Positions 21,481 to 34,200 of a stretch of 64,000 nucleotides of DNA are shown piece after piece. Under the pieces are notes generated by a model. The model did no database searches, was not told where the DNA came from, and saw only the letters and a program-made list of their open reading frames with translations. Every line of letters starts with the position of its first letter. The stretch's first letter is position 1. Both the position numbers and the translations under genes were made by a program. Origin of the DNA: Vicugna vicugna (taxonomy: Eukaryota); NCBI GenBank assembly GCA_013265495.1, contig MU058451.1:2909305-2973304 (forward strand), written 5' to 3'.

Positions 21481-23534
21481 ACAATGAATGAATCAAATTC
21501 CAATAGTCAAATTTGTTATTTCTGAATCATGGAGGATGTTTTAGATGATCTGTCTATAGGGTATGGAGACAAAATCAAGAGGGTAAGAACATATTCCTAA
21601 AGACCCAGCTGTAGCAAGCCCCCCCAACCCCCTGCAGGGGGGCCATCACTGATGGTGCTTTAGTCCCGTGTGTTGTACCTGCAACTCAATGGATGCCCTC
21701 CGTTATGTTCTTTCAGTTTCTCAGAATCTCAACTCTTTTTCCCAGAACTGTTTTCCACTTTACCTGCTATTCTTAGCTAGAGCCTAATTATGTCAGGGTA
21801 CCATAATTAATGAAGCCACAAGAGAACAGTTATCTTGCCTTCTAATAAGATCTGCTAGCCCTTCAATGATAAATTTACAAAACTCAAATACCATTTATTC
21901 TGACACCATCAGAACCCACCACCCCAGAGTCAAATAAAACGGTAGTAGGATTTCCACCACTTTTACAACATGCTCAACTGGAGAACAAAGACAGCTTGAC
22001 CTTGCAAATGTATTTTGGAAGCACAGCATCAGTGAAGCCTTAACTCTTTGCTTTTTCACTTGTTTCTTCCTGTAAGACCATATAAGGGGGGGGGCACCTT
22101 TCTGTATAGATCCCTTCCCTGTGTTGATGCTCCTGTACGGCAGGCAAGATGAGTCCAAACCACATTCAAACCTGAAGCCTCCTGAAGGTGTCTGCTCAGG
22201 AGTCCTGGTCCTGACAACAGGGAGTAGAAGAGAACCCATCTGAGTTTGCTGTCACCATAATCTCTGTGCAGCGCAGCCACTGACACATCTTGATTTTGCC
22301 CAGGGGAAAATCTGGGCTTGATCCTGGCTCATGTTACTTGTGTGTTCAAATCCCAGACTCGGTTCTAGAGCAACACACGACCCCTTTCATCAGCCAACTG
22401 GTAAGACATGACACTGCTCATGGGTTGGGCGGATGGGGGCTCGGGCTAGGTGTTCTGGGGAGATTGGCGGAAACAACTAAGAGTGGATGCCCCGCTGCGG
22501 TGGCTGGTCACATGGAGGACCTACACCCGTGCAAGGAGCATGCACGCCTGAGAAGCCTTTCATTTATTCAGAAGACTGCTGACTTCCATAATCTTCAGAC
22601 CCTCATGAATCTCCAAATGCCATTATTATCATCTATACTTTCTCCCACAAAATGTAGCAAAAAATAGTGAAAAACAACATCTTTCAGTTAGGCACCAGCT
22701 GTCACTTTCTTTTAGGGTCCTATTTTTTTTTTTTAAACCCAAGTTTTGACTCGTAAGAGTTACTACACGTGGGTGAAGAGACGCAGGGAGACCCGGGCAG
22801 CTGGCAGAGCTCACCCAGCAGCCAGCGATGCCCTCCGGCAAAGAAGCCCCGCAAAGGTCACTCATGAGTAGTCGAAACAATGTGGAATTTCTGAATGTCA
22901 AGCATCACCTGTACTTAAGAACTTAATTACAACTTCTTTTTCCAATCAGTAGTTTGATGAGAATCTGAGATTTTTTTTTTCCTTAGCGACTAAAATAGTG
23001 TTTCATGAACTCTCAAGTCACCTTACTCAGAATGTAACAATCTGGCTTTCTCAATTTTTCTTAAACATAATAATGCTTTTACCAAAAAAGCATAAAAACA
23101 GTCCACTGAACATGCCCAGCATATACTCCTACTAAGGTGCATGCTGGCCCCTTAGATACCTGTCCCAACTTCTAACTTCTAATCTTTTATACACTTACTC
23201 ACTCCCATAGCTGATAAAGATTTTAGTCTAGAGTAGACAGAAACTTTGCTAAAGGTAAGACTGTTTACAATATTTATAATTTTCTATTTCTACTTTATAG
23301 ACATTTTCTTCCCAACGATAAACTGCTTCAAGAAACATGCTAATTCTGATGTCTCAAAATTTGTTATATATTAAGTCAAAGTCAGTTTACTGATGTGACT
23401 CTGAAAATTGGATGGTAGAGGCTATCACCTAATTGGTTCAGGAGTTGGACATGTGATTTACTTTGACATCCAAGTATGCAAAAAAAAATATTAGCAACAT
23501 TTAAAAGTAAGAGCAATTGTCCATAAGAATCCAA

Positions 23535-23800
23535 ATCTCTGTCAATGGCAACCCCCTGCTTCCAGCTGCTGAAGCCGAAACACTTTGAGTCATCCTTGAC
23601 CCCTCCCCTCTCTCTCACACGCCACATCCACGGGCAGCAAAGGCAGCTGGCACCACCTTCAAAATATACCTGCAACCCAAACACGTCCTGTTCTCATCAC
23701 CGCGCCTGCCCTGGTCACACCTCGTCACCTTTCATGGGGTTACTGCAACAGAACTGACTGAACAGAACTGACCTGACCTCCCTGCTTTTATCCTAGCAAG
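23535..23800 (+). mobile_element. L2 LINE relic
   Basis: tcaatggcaacccc...gctgaagccgaaacactttgagtcatccttgacccctcccctctctctcacacgccacatcc matches the L2 3' region. Confidence 0.75.
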
Positions 23801-25687
23801 ATGACCATTCTATTTCCCTTTCGGTTCTCTTGAAATTGCCTGACAATAACCAAAACTTCCCTGCGTTATGGCAGCATGTGTAAGAAAATGCAAAGAAAGA
23901 CTTGTTAGCCTCCCTTTTGGAAGATGACACTATTCACTTATGAGAGACCTAGCTTTGCAAAACCCACTTATCTCGCGCATACAGTTGTAGCCCTTTTGGA
24001 GAAGAAATCAGTCTGTTAAGTGAGCACTATTCTTGGCAGGAACAAGAACCAGGTAGCTCCCCAGGTCTCAGCAAGAAGCAAAGGCATGATTTCCAAGTCA
24101 CTGTACCTGTAAGAAACCGGGTCTTTCAATACTGATTTGGTCCTCTGGTAAGACAAACTCGACAAGGCTCAGCATATATACCCCTCCTGCTTAGGTACGT
24201 GTGGGCCCCTGAGATGTCTCTCCCAGCTTCTAACTTTCCATCTTTTATACGTCTGTTCACCGCCATAGCTGACAAAGATTTTAATCTGCAACAGGCAGTG
24301 ATTTGGTTTGGGAAGACTGCTTCTTATGGGTCCAAGCTTTACATTGATTAGTTCTTGAATGTTAATTTCCTTCCTAAGTTGCTGCTTTTGTTGTTTAGAA
24401 GACAGAACTTGGAATAGTAACTTCGAGACTGCACTCTTAGGTCCCGGCTAAAACAAGTTACATCATCAGCAAACAGTTGTCTTTTTTTTGCCAGGGCACT
24501 TCTTTGCTTCCTTTCCGAAAAGCGTGAGCAAGTCATCCAGGTATAAAGTGTAAATTAAGGGGTATGGTATCCCCATGGAACTTCAGTATGTGCTCGTTCA
24601 AGGGCCCAGGCTCTTGCCGAGGTAGGATGATACACAGTCTGAAAGTACAGGTGGCCAGAGACCAGGCTGAGGCCAGTCTAGTCACAGGTGACCCCTGTCC
24701 CTGAGATCAGAACCCCGTCACTTTAGCTGTCTTAGAGATGCCTTCTTGGACTCATAATTACTAGCATACCCTTTGCTTTTTATCAGAGGGGAAGTAGGAG
24801 GAACCAGGACTCGTACAAAGAATGTTTACTTCCCTTTTATAAGTGCTGTCCATTGAAGATCTAGGTGATGCGTTCCTCTGTAAAGTTTAGTGCCAGGAAA
24901 AATTTGGCCTCGGATGATACACTAGTGTGCTTCCTTGCATCATACAATGAGACCTGCATTGTCTGCTGTCTCTATGTCACAGCTACCCGGAAAACGAGTA
25001 AATTACCCTCCATCTATGTGTGTGCTGATCCTCTAACGACATGGCTTTAATGTTCCCTGGTGTCAAGAATGCTATTATGTATGTGACTTATGATGCCCTG
25101 TAAAGCCTGTTTGGAAACTGGCAGGATATTGGGGGAAAAAAAAAGGCCGCATCAATAAGCTCTTGTTACACTGAGTTTTCTGAAAGTTAGCCCCTTGACA
25201 GTGTGTGATGCTTAGGGACGTATGTGACATCCTGGGGACAGCAGAGATGACGACTGAGCATCTTTTATAGAATTTTTTTTTCCCTATATCCAGAACATTT
25301 TCAAGCTTGGAAAATAAGTCCTTTTTCTCAAGTACTTTACAGGCTTTATTCCCTAACATTTGGTCAAACTTAATAAGCTTAAAGGCTATGTTCTCTGGAC
25401 AGGCCAGGTCAAAAGCACACTTCTAATCCTTGGCAGGAGTACGCTAAATCATTGGCTACCTTCTACTTTATTCTGAATTTTATAAAATTTATCTAAAATT
25501 TACCTTCTTATGTAATTTATGCATTGAGAACTATCTGACATAAAAAACAAATTTAAGGGATGTCTTATTCTTGAAATAATTTTTAGAGAAAAGGCCTTTT
25601 TAATCAGGGCTATTCTACAGTTCAAAAACGTGACCACTAAGTAAGATTAAAACTTTACTTTGAAATATAATCACCTGCAACTCACTG

Positions 25688-26785
25688 AATGGGAGAAATT
25701 ATTTGCTGATCATGTATCTGATAATGGTATCCAGAATATATAAAGAACTCTTACAACTCAATAAGAACAACAAAAATAAGAAAAAATGGGAAAAGGACTT
25801 GAATAGACAGTTCTGCAAAGAAGATATACAAATGGCCAATAAGCACATGAAAAAGTGTTCAACATCACTCATCGTAAGGGAAATACAAATCAAAATCACA
25901 ATGAGATCAGCCGCCCCTTTCTCCCCCTCTTCAGAGATGGCCTGCACTCTGTCTATGGAGTGTGTACCTACTTTTAACCTGAGCACCCAACCACCACACT
26001 TACGTGGCCTTTGTCTTGCTTTTCAATGTATCTCTCTGAATAAATCTACCTTCACTCAAAAAAAAAAAAAANNNNNNNNNNTGAGATGCTACACTCATTA
26101 GGATGGCTACTATTAAACAAAACAAAACAAAACCCAGAAAAGCACAAGCATTGACAAGGATGTGGAAAAATTACAAACCTTGTGCACTGTTGGTGGGAAT
26201 GCAAAATGGTGCAGCTGCTGTAGAAAACAGTATGGTCGTTCCCTCCAAAATTAAAAACAGAATTACCACATGATCCACCAATTCAACTCTTGGGTATGTA
26301 ACCAAAAAATTGAAACAGAGTCTCAAGAGATATCTGTACACCCATGTTCACAGCAGCATCATTCACAACAGCCAGAAGGTAGAAACAACCCAAGTGTCCA
26401 TCAATGAATGAATGGATAAAGAAAATGTGGCACATACATATGTGGAATATTATTCAACCCTAACAAGGGAGGAAATTCTGACACATGCTACATCATGGAT
26501 GAACTTTGAGGACCTTATGCCAAGTGAAACAAGCCTGTCACAGAAGGACAAGTTTCCTATAACTCCATTCATAGGAGGGTCCTATAGAACAGTCACATTC
26601 ATAGAGTCAGAAAGCAGAGGGGTGGTTACCAGTGGCTGGGAGGAGGGAGAATGGGGAGCTGTTATTCGATGGGTATAGAGTTTTAGTTCTGTAAGATAAG
26701 AAAATTCTGGAGACTGGCCGCAGAGCAATGTGAATGCACTTAACACTACTGGACTGTATGCTAAAGATGGTTAGGATGGTAAATT
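25688..26785 (+). mobile_element. L1 fragment (decayed ORF2 C-terminus plus 3'UTR; L1MA/MB-like), interrupted by an insert at 25908-26071
   Basis: ORF 25703 encodes [11 protein letters not shown]...[41 protein letters not shown] (L1 ORF2p C-terminus); L1 continues after the insert (cattaggatggctactat, tgcactgttggtgggaatgcaaaatgg, ggatgaactttgagga). Confidence 0.92.
25908..26071 (+). mobile_element. Short polyadenylated retroposed element derived from an ERV1-type LTR R region, nested in L1
   Basis: Core gcctgcactctgtctatggagtgtgt, AATAAA 26039-26044, poly(A) 26058-26071; tgagat repeated on both sides (25902-25907 / 26082-26087), with the rest of the TSD hidden by a 10-N gap. Confidence 0.85.
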
Positions 26786-27139
26786 AATTAAACTTAATTA
26801 ATTAATTAAACTCAATTAAACTTCTAAAAAAAAAATCACCCATGAACAAGTATTTCTAGAACATCTCATGTCCAGAGGAAGTGAGGAGGAAACCACAGGT
26901 TGGGCTCTGAGAGGAGAAGCTGCCTCACTAACCCCAGCCGGGGCAAGCCAAGTCTGAGGAGGGGAAAGGCGGTAAGAAAAGGACCATCTGAGGGACACTT
27001 TAAGGGAGAAGTGTCAGGACTTTGAAACCCGAGGGCAGCTTCCAAATCTGTTCTGCCAGCCCTTAACCTGCAGCCCAGCACAGAGACTGTCCTTGACAGA
27101 TACTAGCGGTGGGATAAGTACATAGGAAAGAAGGAGAGA

Positions 27140-28000
27140 AACATAAAAGATAACTGCAAGGTTTCCTACGTGGTATCCAGATGAATGACTTTTCTATAGA
27201 GGGAGACTGTGCAGGTGGGAAGGGAGACGGTTTGAAAGTGATGACAAATTCAGTCTTAGGAAAGTAGGATTTTACACGACACGGGCATTTCCAGTTAGAC
27301 TTATAGGGCTGCAGTGCAGGTAAGGGTCAAGGTCCACATCAGGAACAGGGGCAACTTGATCACAGATGATGAGTTCACAGAAGGTGGATGAACCCATCAA
27401 GTACGTGAGTTGAAAAAGCAAACAACTAAGGATGGAGACAAAAACATCCCAGGGACCTGCAGAAGGAAGGAAGTAAAGTGAGAGGCAGGCGCATACAGGT
27501 GGAAGGTGAACTTGCAACAGAACTACTCAAAGTTCTTGTTCTTGGATGACTTCCACGTGCCTCTTAGGAGTCAAGTGGGTCGGATCTGAATGTATCGCTT
27601 CTCTGGGGCAGCTGTACTGATGGGCTGATTTTTGGTGAGTGAGAAGGAACAAGCTTAGTTCGCATCTGAGAAAGGGATGAGGGTGAGCGCTGAGGGGAGG
27701 CGGCTGAATTTGATAAGAATCAACAAGAAGGCCACTGTGGAAGCCAGACCGAAGGGGGTCGGTGAGGAGGGAGCACAGGAAGCAGAGGAAGCAGGTGTGG
27801 GCCGCGTGCTGGTGACTTGTGACCCAGAAAGGAAGGAGGAAATTTGGACAGTAACCAGAGGGATCAGCTGCGCCAAGGGAAAAGATGTTTTACTTGTATC
27901 AGTGAGAGCTGATCCTGCTGGAAGGTGGGAAGAAAGATGCTCAGAGAACAGAAGAGAAGGAAGAAGCTTTGAGAAGGTGACACATTCTAGATAAAGCAAA
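27140..28000 (-). mobile_element. Degraded L2 LINE relic
   Basis: Purine-rich plus strand with reverse L2-like motifs (gcaaggtttc, gatgacaaattcagtcttagg, ttgataagaatcaacaagaaggccactgtgg); boundaries approximate. Confidence 0.5.
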
Positions 28001-28084
28001 ATAAAGGAAACGGGAAAAAACCTGAGAACAGTGGTGGGCTGCTCCAATGTTTTCAATTTGAAGGCTCCTCAGCTTGAAAGAGAC

Positions 28085-28235
28085 AGGCAGTTCTGTGAGC
28101 TCTGGAACCAGACAGATCTGGGTTTAAACATCCTGGCTGTCACTTTAGCTTCAGTTTCCTTATATGTAAAATGGGGGTGACATTACCTTGTAGAGATGTT
28201 CTGGATCAGAACTGAATATGAAGTACTTAGTACTA
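28085..28235 (+). mobile_element. MIR SINE relic
   Basis: gctctggaaccagacagatctgggtttaaa...cttcagtttccttatatgtaaaatgggg. Confidence 0.7.
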
Positions 28236-31200
28236 ATGTAAAGAGGGTATTTAGTTGATAAATGGCCAATATTAGTCTTCTGCTGAGATTTAGGGCTGGC
28301 AGGGAAAATCTAGGCGCTTAAAGAGGTGAAGATTTGGAATCAGCACTGTACAAAAGCTCTAAGGAATGGAAGAAAGGAAAACTGGAATTGCTGAACAGGA
28401 CTGAACCGGGAGAACCTGATTTTAGGTCAGCATGATTCTGCATCTTCATTTGGCAGGGATCTCTTTTCTGGGAGAAGTAGAGAAGAAAGAAGGGGGCCTT
28501 GATGCAGGATAGAGACTCAGCCAAGAAGGATGGAGATGTACCCATCACAGAGCTTTCGGGAGGGAGGGAGGGCACACAGCCAGTGGTGGGCATTGGACCG
28601 GATAAAATACAAAAAGGTTAGGACCCAGGGAACAATGTGGAGGCAATCTGATAACTGTAAAGTCATATAAATGCAGATTATTATGACAGTTTCATATGCT
28701 TTTTAACTGGAATAAGGTGTTTGTCTTTCCTACAGCAAATTTCATAGAAACTGCCTTATTCTGATTAAACGTGGCTTACTACTAAAGGGTATACTAAAAG
28801 ATGTATCTTTAGTTCAGGTTACCAGCCAGATTATTTTAAAATGGATGCATATTCTATAAAATGAAACCACATCTAATCATGACTACATTTCTTTCTCGTG
28901 CTGTAATAGAAACATCTGGATGTATCCTAAAAACACTTTGCAACCTTCAGGATCTGGGAAGACCCTCTGGGTAGTCATGAGATCTGTCATGTCAATGCTG
29001 TTTTTATTTCCACACTAATGGGGTTATGCTGCTTGTCCTTTGCCAGTGGTCACTGTGGGTACAGATTCAAGTATGAGTAAGAGTTAGAGCAAGTGAAGAC
29101 AATCTAACGGTGGAGACACAAGTGGCAGCTAGCAGGGTCCAGCTGAATGACAAAGTGGCCCAGGGCTGGGACACAGGCAGGCCTGCCTTCCACTGACGGC
29201 GGCAAGTGCCCACTGGATGTGCGCTCAGTGGTGCTGAAGCAATTCCATTTCATAAACGCTCGGACATTAAAAAACGAAGCAAACATTATTCATGCCCTTA
29301 AAGTGGTGTAAACTATTCAGAACTCCTTCTTGAACTCACAGTTGAAACACAGTCTCTTGGGTAGTAAAAGATCCATTTTGTGAATTTTTGTGTATTACCT
29401 AAAATGGCTCTCTACAAATCCCAAATCTAGTGATCCAGACCCGCCACGACAGTGAACAATGAAGGCGTCCATTCCTCTACTGGGCGTTTGATCTAAACAG
29501 TACGAACGAGAACTTGCTGGGGACTGGCCCTACAAAACCATTCTGTCTTGAGGTCTGTTACAGTCAGCGGAGCTTGTGGAGTCGGGGAGTTTTTAACAGG
29601 ACTGCTTTGCAAGAAATGCCAGAACAGGAGGGAAACAGTCATTCTCCCAGCAGACCAGCTTCACTCACTCGCTTCACATTTCCTTGTAGGAACTGTAACT
29701 CAGTTACTTCCAATTACTTCACACCTGGTCCATGACAAGGAGTCATTCAAGAGTTCAATTAAGAAGTCCCTGACTATTTTTACTTTAAATCTTTAGTCTT
29801 TTGCTACAACAGCACAAAGGATTTTCTCTGATTTACGTTAACCTTCTGGTTTTGAGGAAGTAGCTCCTGAAAAGTTCTGCTTTACCAGACAGATTCAAAG
29901 CCACAATTAGAACTGGAAGGGCCTCTGAGAGACCACAGGGTCCATCCTCTGTGGTCAAATAAGTAGTCTCCCTTCTGTAGGGATTTAAGACTCAGAGAGA
30001 CCAATGAACATATTCCAAGTCACACAGCGATTCAGTGGCACAAACAGGCAGAGCCCAGGTCTCCTGAGCTTTAGGGCAAAGCTGGATGGCTGTGCTGTGG
30101 AAAGAGATTTCTGTACCACTGTCTTCTAGATTTTGTTTTAGCAAACATGCTGTTATTTATTTCATCTTCTAGTTATTTTTCTTTATTATTTTTCTAGTTA
30201 AATTTTTCTTTCTGCTATAAATATTCCTTCATGCCCACGGTCCTATCCTCCTGTATTCATGCTTTCTCTTTGAGACTGTTGCCTTCCTTATTTTTCTATT
30301 CAATTATCTTTAATATTAATAACTTTCAATTTCCACTGAAAAAAATGCAAATTTTGAGCTGTCTTTCCCTATGTATTTTTTAAATCAGTTTTGGCTGACT
30401 TTCAAATGAAATCCAGCTTAGAAAACATCTCACTAAAGACTATGGGAAAGATGTGATTTTTATCAAGGTTATTCTTTACTAGGAACATTTTAGGTGGTGT
30501 TAAAAATACTGCAGATTCATCTAGCTCATAGTTGCCTTCCCCAAATCACCAAATTAGTAATTAACGCCTCCAAGTTTAAAAGGAAATATCAGAAGATCAT
30601 CCAGTTCTTCCTGAATTCTTAAAAAGTTTTTTTTTTCCTCATGAGGATCTTAAAAAATTTGTTGTGATTTTACCTGTTTTAAGCATTTGCTATGTTAAGC
30701 TTGAGAACAGAAATTTTTCATTCCAGTCCTCCCTGGATTCAACAGTAGCTTACCCAAGGACAGATGACTGGCTTTCTGTTTAGTACCTTTGAATAAAAGC
30801 AACACTTGGTACAGTCTGGGGTGGGGAGTGAGCAAAGGCAGTTTCAAGATGAATACACGTAGGCTGAGATGAAAATGTGTGCCTCTCCTTCATGAGAGAT
30901 GAAATAAGTCAAAGACTCATGTTAAATTCTGGCTCAAATAATAATACGTTTGTCTCCTCTCAGTCCTGACAGGTGGGCAGCGATCTGCTTCAGTACTGGT
31001 CCTTGTGGGACTCACAGTACTCGGGATGTTCTTGACCGGGAGCTGCTGCCAGCCTGGGTGACTACTCTAGACACATTTTGACGAGCTTTTAAGCTTTTTC
31101 TTCTTGGTGGGATTAACTGACTCGGGGCCTGGGATGCACTGCTGTCGTGTGATGGGTGGACTCCCGCACCAGCCCCTGGGGAGCGCGGGGTCGGCCTTCC

Positions 31201-34200
31201 CGGACTCCATTCCTCAGTGACAGATGCACTGACCCAGACGGAACTACCCTCACCCACCTGAGATTCAGACCGAGCCCAAGGAACGCCAAGAAGCATTCCA
31301 GCCACAGAGGGCGTGCCGCACATCCCAGGAACAAGGTGGAAATTTTTAGGTTGGGATGGGCACTCAGGAAGGGATTGCCTTTGAGATGCAAGAATTCAAA
31401 GTCTGCTGACCGTCACTGCGTCACCGGGCATCAGACTCAACTCTGGAGATGTGGGAAGAGTTACCTGCCAAACCCCAAAGCCCACTGCCCCCTGGCTGAG
31501 AGCTGTCCGCTGTCGGCATAAAGGCCCGGGGCCTCGCCTGGTGCTGGCTGGCCCCTCACAGCTGCTCTGCAGGCCTCCGGGTTGACCTCGCAGCCTGGGC
31601 TGTTCTTTCCGAGTTAGCCTGCCTGAACGTGCTAAGTTTTAGACAGTGGGAGGAGCACTGGAAATAGTTCTCTCTTCCCTTTCAATAGAATCGTAATGTC
31701 CCCTGGAATGACAATAGGCTTGGTGACCAAAAGGACGTGCCCTCACCGTAAGGCTACCTGGAAAGAAGAATGTGAAAAATCCACTTACGCTTAGGGCAGA
31801 GAATCCTGGAGCCATGAGAGGCTCTGGCAGGTTCTGGTGGACACCTGAGAAATGTATGCATAATTCTGGACCCAAATAACGCTGCGGTGGACACACTGGA
31901 GTATGAAACTTCACACTCTTCCCCTGCTCTGCGTGCATGAGGTGGGGCACAGACAGCCCTCTCTCGTAAGCTTCAGGGGGAGTCCCTGTGGGTGGACCAG
32001 CCACCCTGAAGTCGGCAGGGGCATCCAGGAAAGGAGAGGCCTGTGACAGCCAGTCATCGCATCCAGAACGAGCCCAGCCTGAAGAGGCCACCATTCCTCT
32101 GGGAGGACGTGGGGACTCCTGCAGATCGGGCTCCTCCCAAGGACGAACTGGAACGCCCTGGAAGATGACATCTGTTCCTCAGCGTAAGGAGGAGACTTAA
32201 AAGCCTCTTTCCAAGCAAGACAAGGCACATCTCTGCTGCGAGGAGCGTTTACTAACATTACTCACATCCTGCTGTCTGTCCCTTGTCTTTCTACTGACAC
32301 GTCTCCAGGTTTCAGACCACTTGTGAGTTTGTTCTAAAATAACCTCCCCTGGCCCGTCCCCTTTCATTGCTGTCCAAATCCTCACTTCATGATCATCTAA
32401 TGTCTGCTACCTCCAACCAAACCTCACCGTGCCGAGTGATTCACAAATATCTAGAAATGCTTTCAAATTGTTTACTACTTTGGGCAGGACACATAATCCT
32501 CCTTAATTCTAAATGCTATGCTCATTTTTCTTCCCCTACTGACTATTATTTGTCTTGCCCACATCACCATTCTGCTCTGACCCCTCTGCAATTCTGGTGG
32601 TGAAAGTAAAGCTTCTTTCCCCTTGAATTTCTCTCTGGCAGAGGATCACTGTTGGCAAGAGTTAACTGTAAATACGGAATTTCTCTGCAACGTGCTTCTG
32701 AGATGTTGCAGGGACAGGTTCCCATGCTGGTCTGAGAGAGGCCTCTGTCATACCCTGAGCTCTGAAACACTGCAATTAAAGTCACCAGAAGTGACATATT
32801 TTAATACGATAAATAACGTCTTGCAATTTAATTGTTAAAATATCTTTTTCGTGGTGCCGGCATAATTCTACAAAGCAGCTGATTGACTCTGGGTCTCAGA
32901 GTCTGAAATTTAAACGCTATAAGATGATGAATCCCTCACACTGTATTCAAATTTTCTAAAGTAATATTAAATGTTTGTTTGTAGGTCTAATATAACAGTG
33001 AATTTGGAGGGAATACATAAATATATAATATCCACACATTTTAGTATGTGTATATTATATGTGACTGAATATTTATCCGCACCAACAAACGTTAACCACT
33101 GTTATGAGTGTCCAGAGGTTTTTTTTTGTTGGTGTTCTAGTTTGGGGCAAATACGTACCTATACTTACTAGCCTAGAATAAAATGTTTTTTAGTTTCGTT
33201 GAATCCAAAGGAACATGACAGAATTACGAAAAACCAAAAATCAATCAAACAAAAAGATTTCAGGAATGAATAATTTAACTGAAATATTAGCTGAAACTCT
33301 TGCACTGATAATGATCACTGCTCTGGCAATTAGGTAAGTCAGGGCTGCTCGTATTTTAAATTATAATTTCATTATGGGCGGCACCAGGCTCAAATACGGC
33401 TTTATTACAGGGTTATTATGTAATTCAATTCACGGGTTAAAAATGTCTCCTGTGCCTGGAAAACCTAATGGCAATGCTATTGTCCTTCTGATGAGAAGTC
33501 ACTGAAGTGGAACTCAGTGACTGGACTTTAATTTTAAAATAATAATCGGGCACATCTGAAGTCGCCTTCTAAGCGGCTGTGCGTTTTAAACCAGTCTTCT
33601 CTTTCGCACTCCGGGCATTTACATTGGCCTGAAATCTAAGTTATGAAGCAGGATCCCAGGGTGTCCTACCTGCCACTGCTATCTGAGCCGGGACAATCCA
33701 TCTCAAAAGCCCGTTTTCCCATCCCTTAGCCATCTCTTGGCAGCGAGCCCCACTCCCCGCCATTTGCCACTTGTTCTGGGCTATTTTAATTCTGGACAAG
33801 CTGTGGTAGTAGGCTATATTTAAATTGGCCTGCCCTGTGAAGAAACACGGCAAATTCACGTGGCACCTTTTCCCTTTTTGACATAATCCAACTGTGCTTT
33901 GGCTCTGAACAAGCTGCCTGGGTTTCTGCATCACACACACTGGCTCAGCTCCCACTCCTGGCTCCCCAGGTGTTTGCCACCCAGAAGGTGGGTGGGGGTG
34001 GGCTTCTGGGAGGGATGAGCCAGGGCAGGGACCCAAGGAGCAGTCACCGAAAATTCTAATGGAGACACATGAACAATAATGAAAGGAAAAGGAAAGCCGC
34101 CTCTAGCTCCTGGCTGTGTGTGACTGGGATATTCACAGAATCTTTTCTCAAGGGCTGATCTGCAGATAGGAATTTTTGTAAAGCAGGATGCATCTCCTAA

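Noticed and set aside
17197..22087. Perfect CArG boxes CCATAAAAGG (17197-17206) and CCATATAAGG (22078-22087)
   Set aside because: A rough base-composition estimate predicts a few such 10-mers per 64 kb by chance; no supporting cluster.
25703..26678. Protein-coding ORFs 25703..26101 and 26412..26678
   Set aside because: Decayed L1 ORF2 fragments, interrupted by stops and by an insertion.
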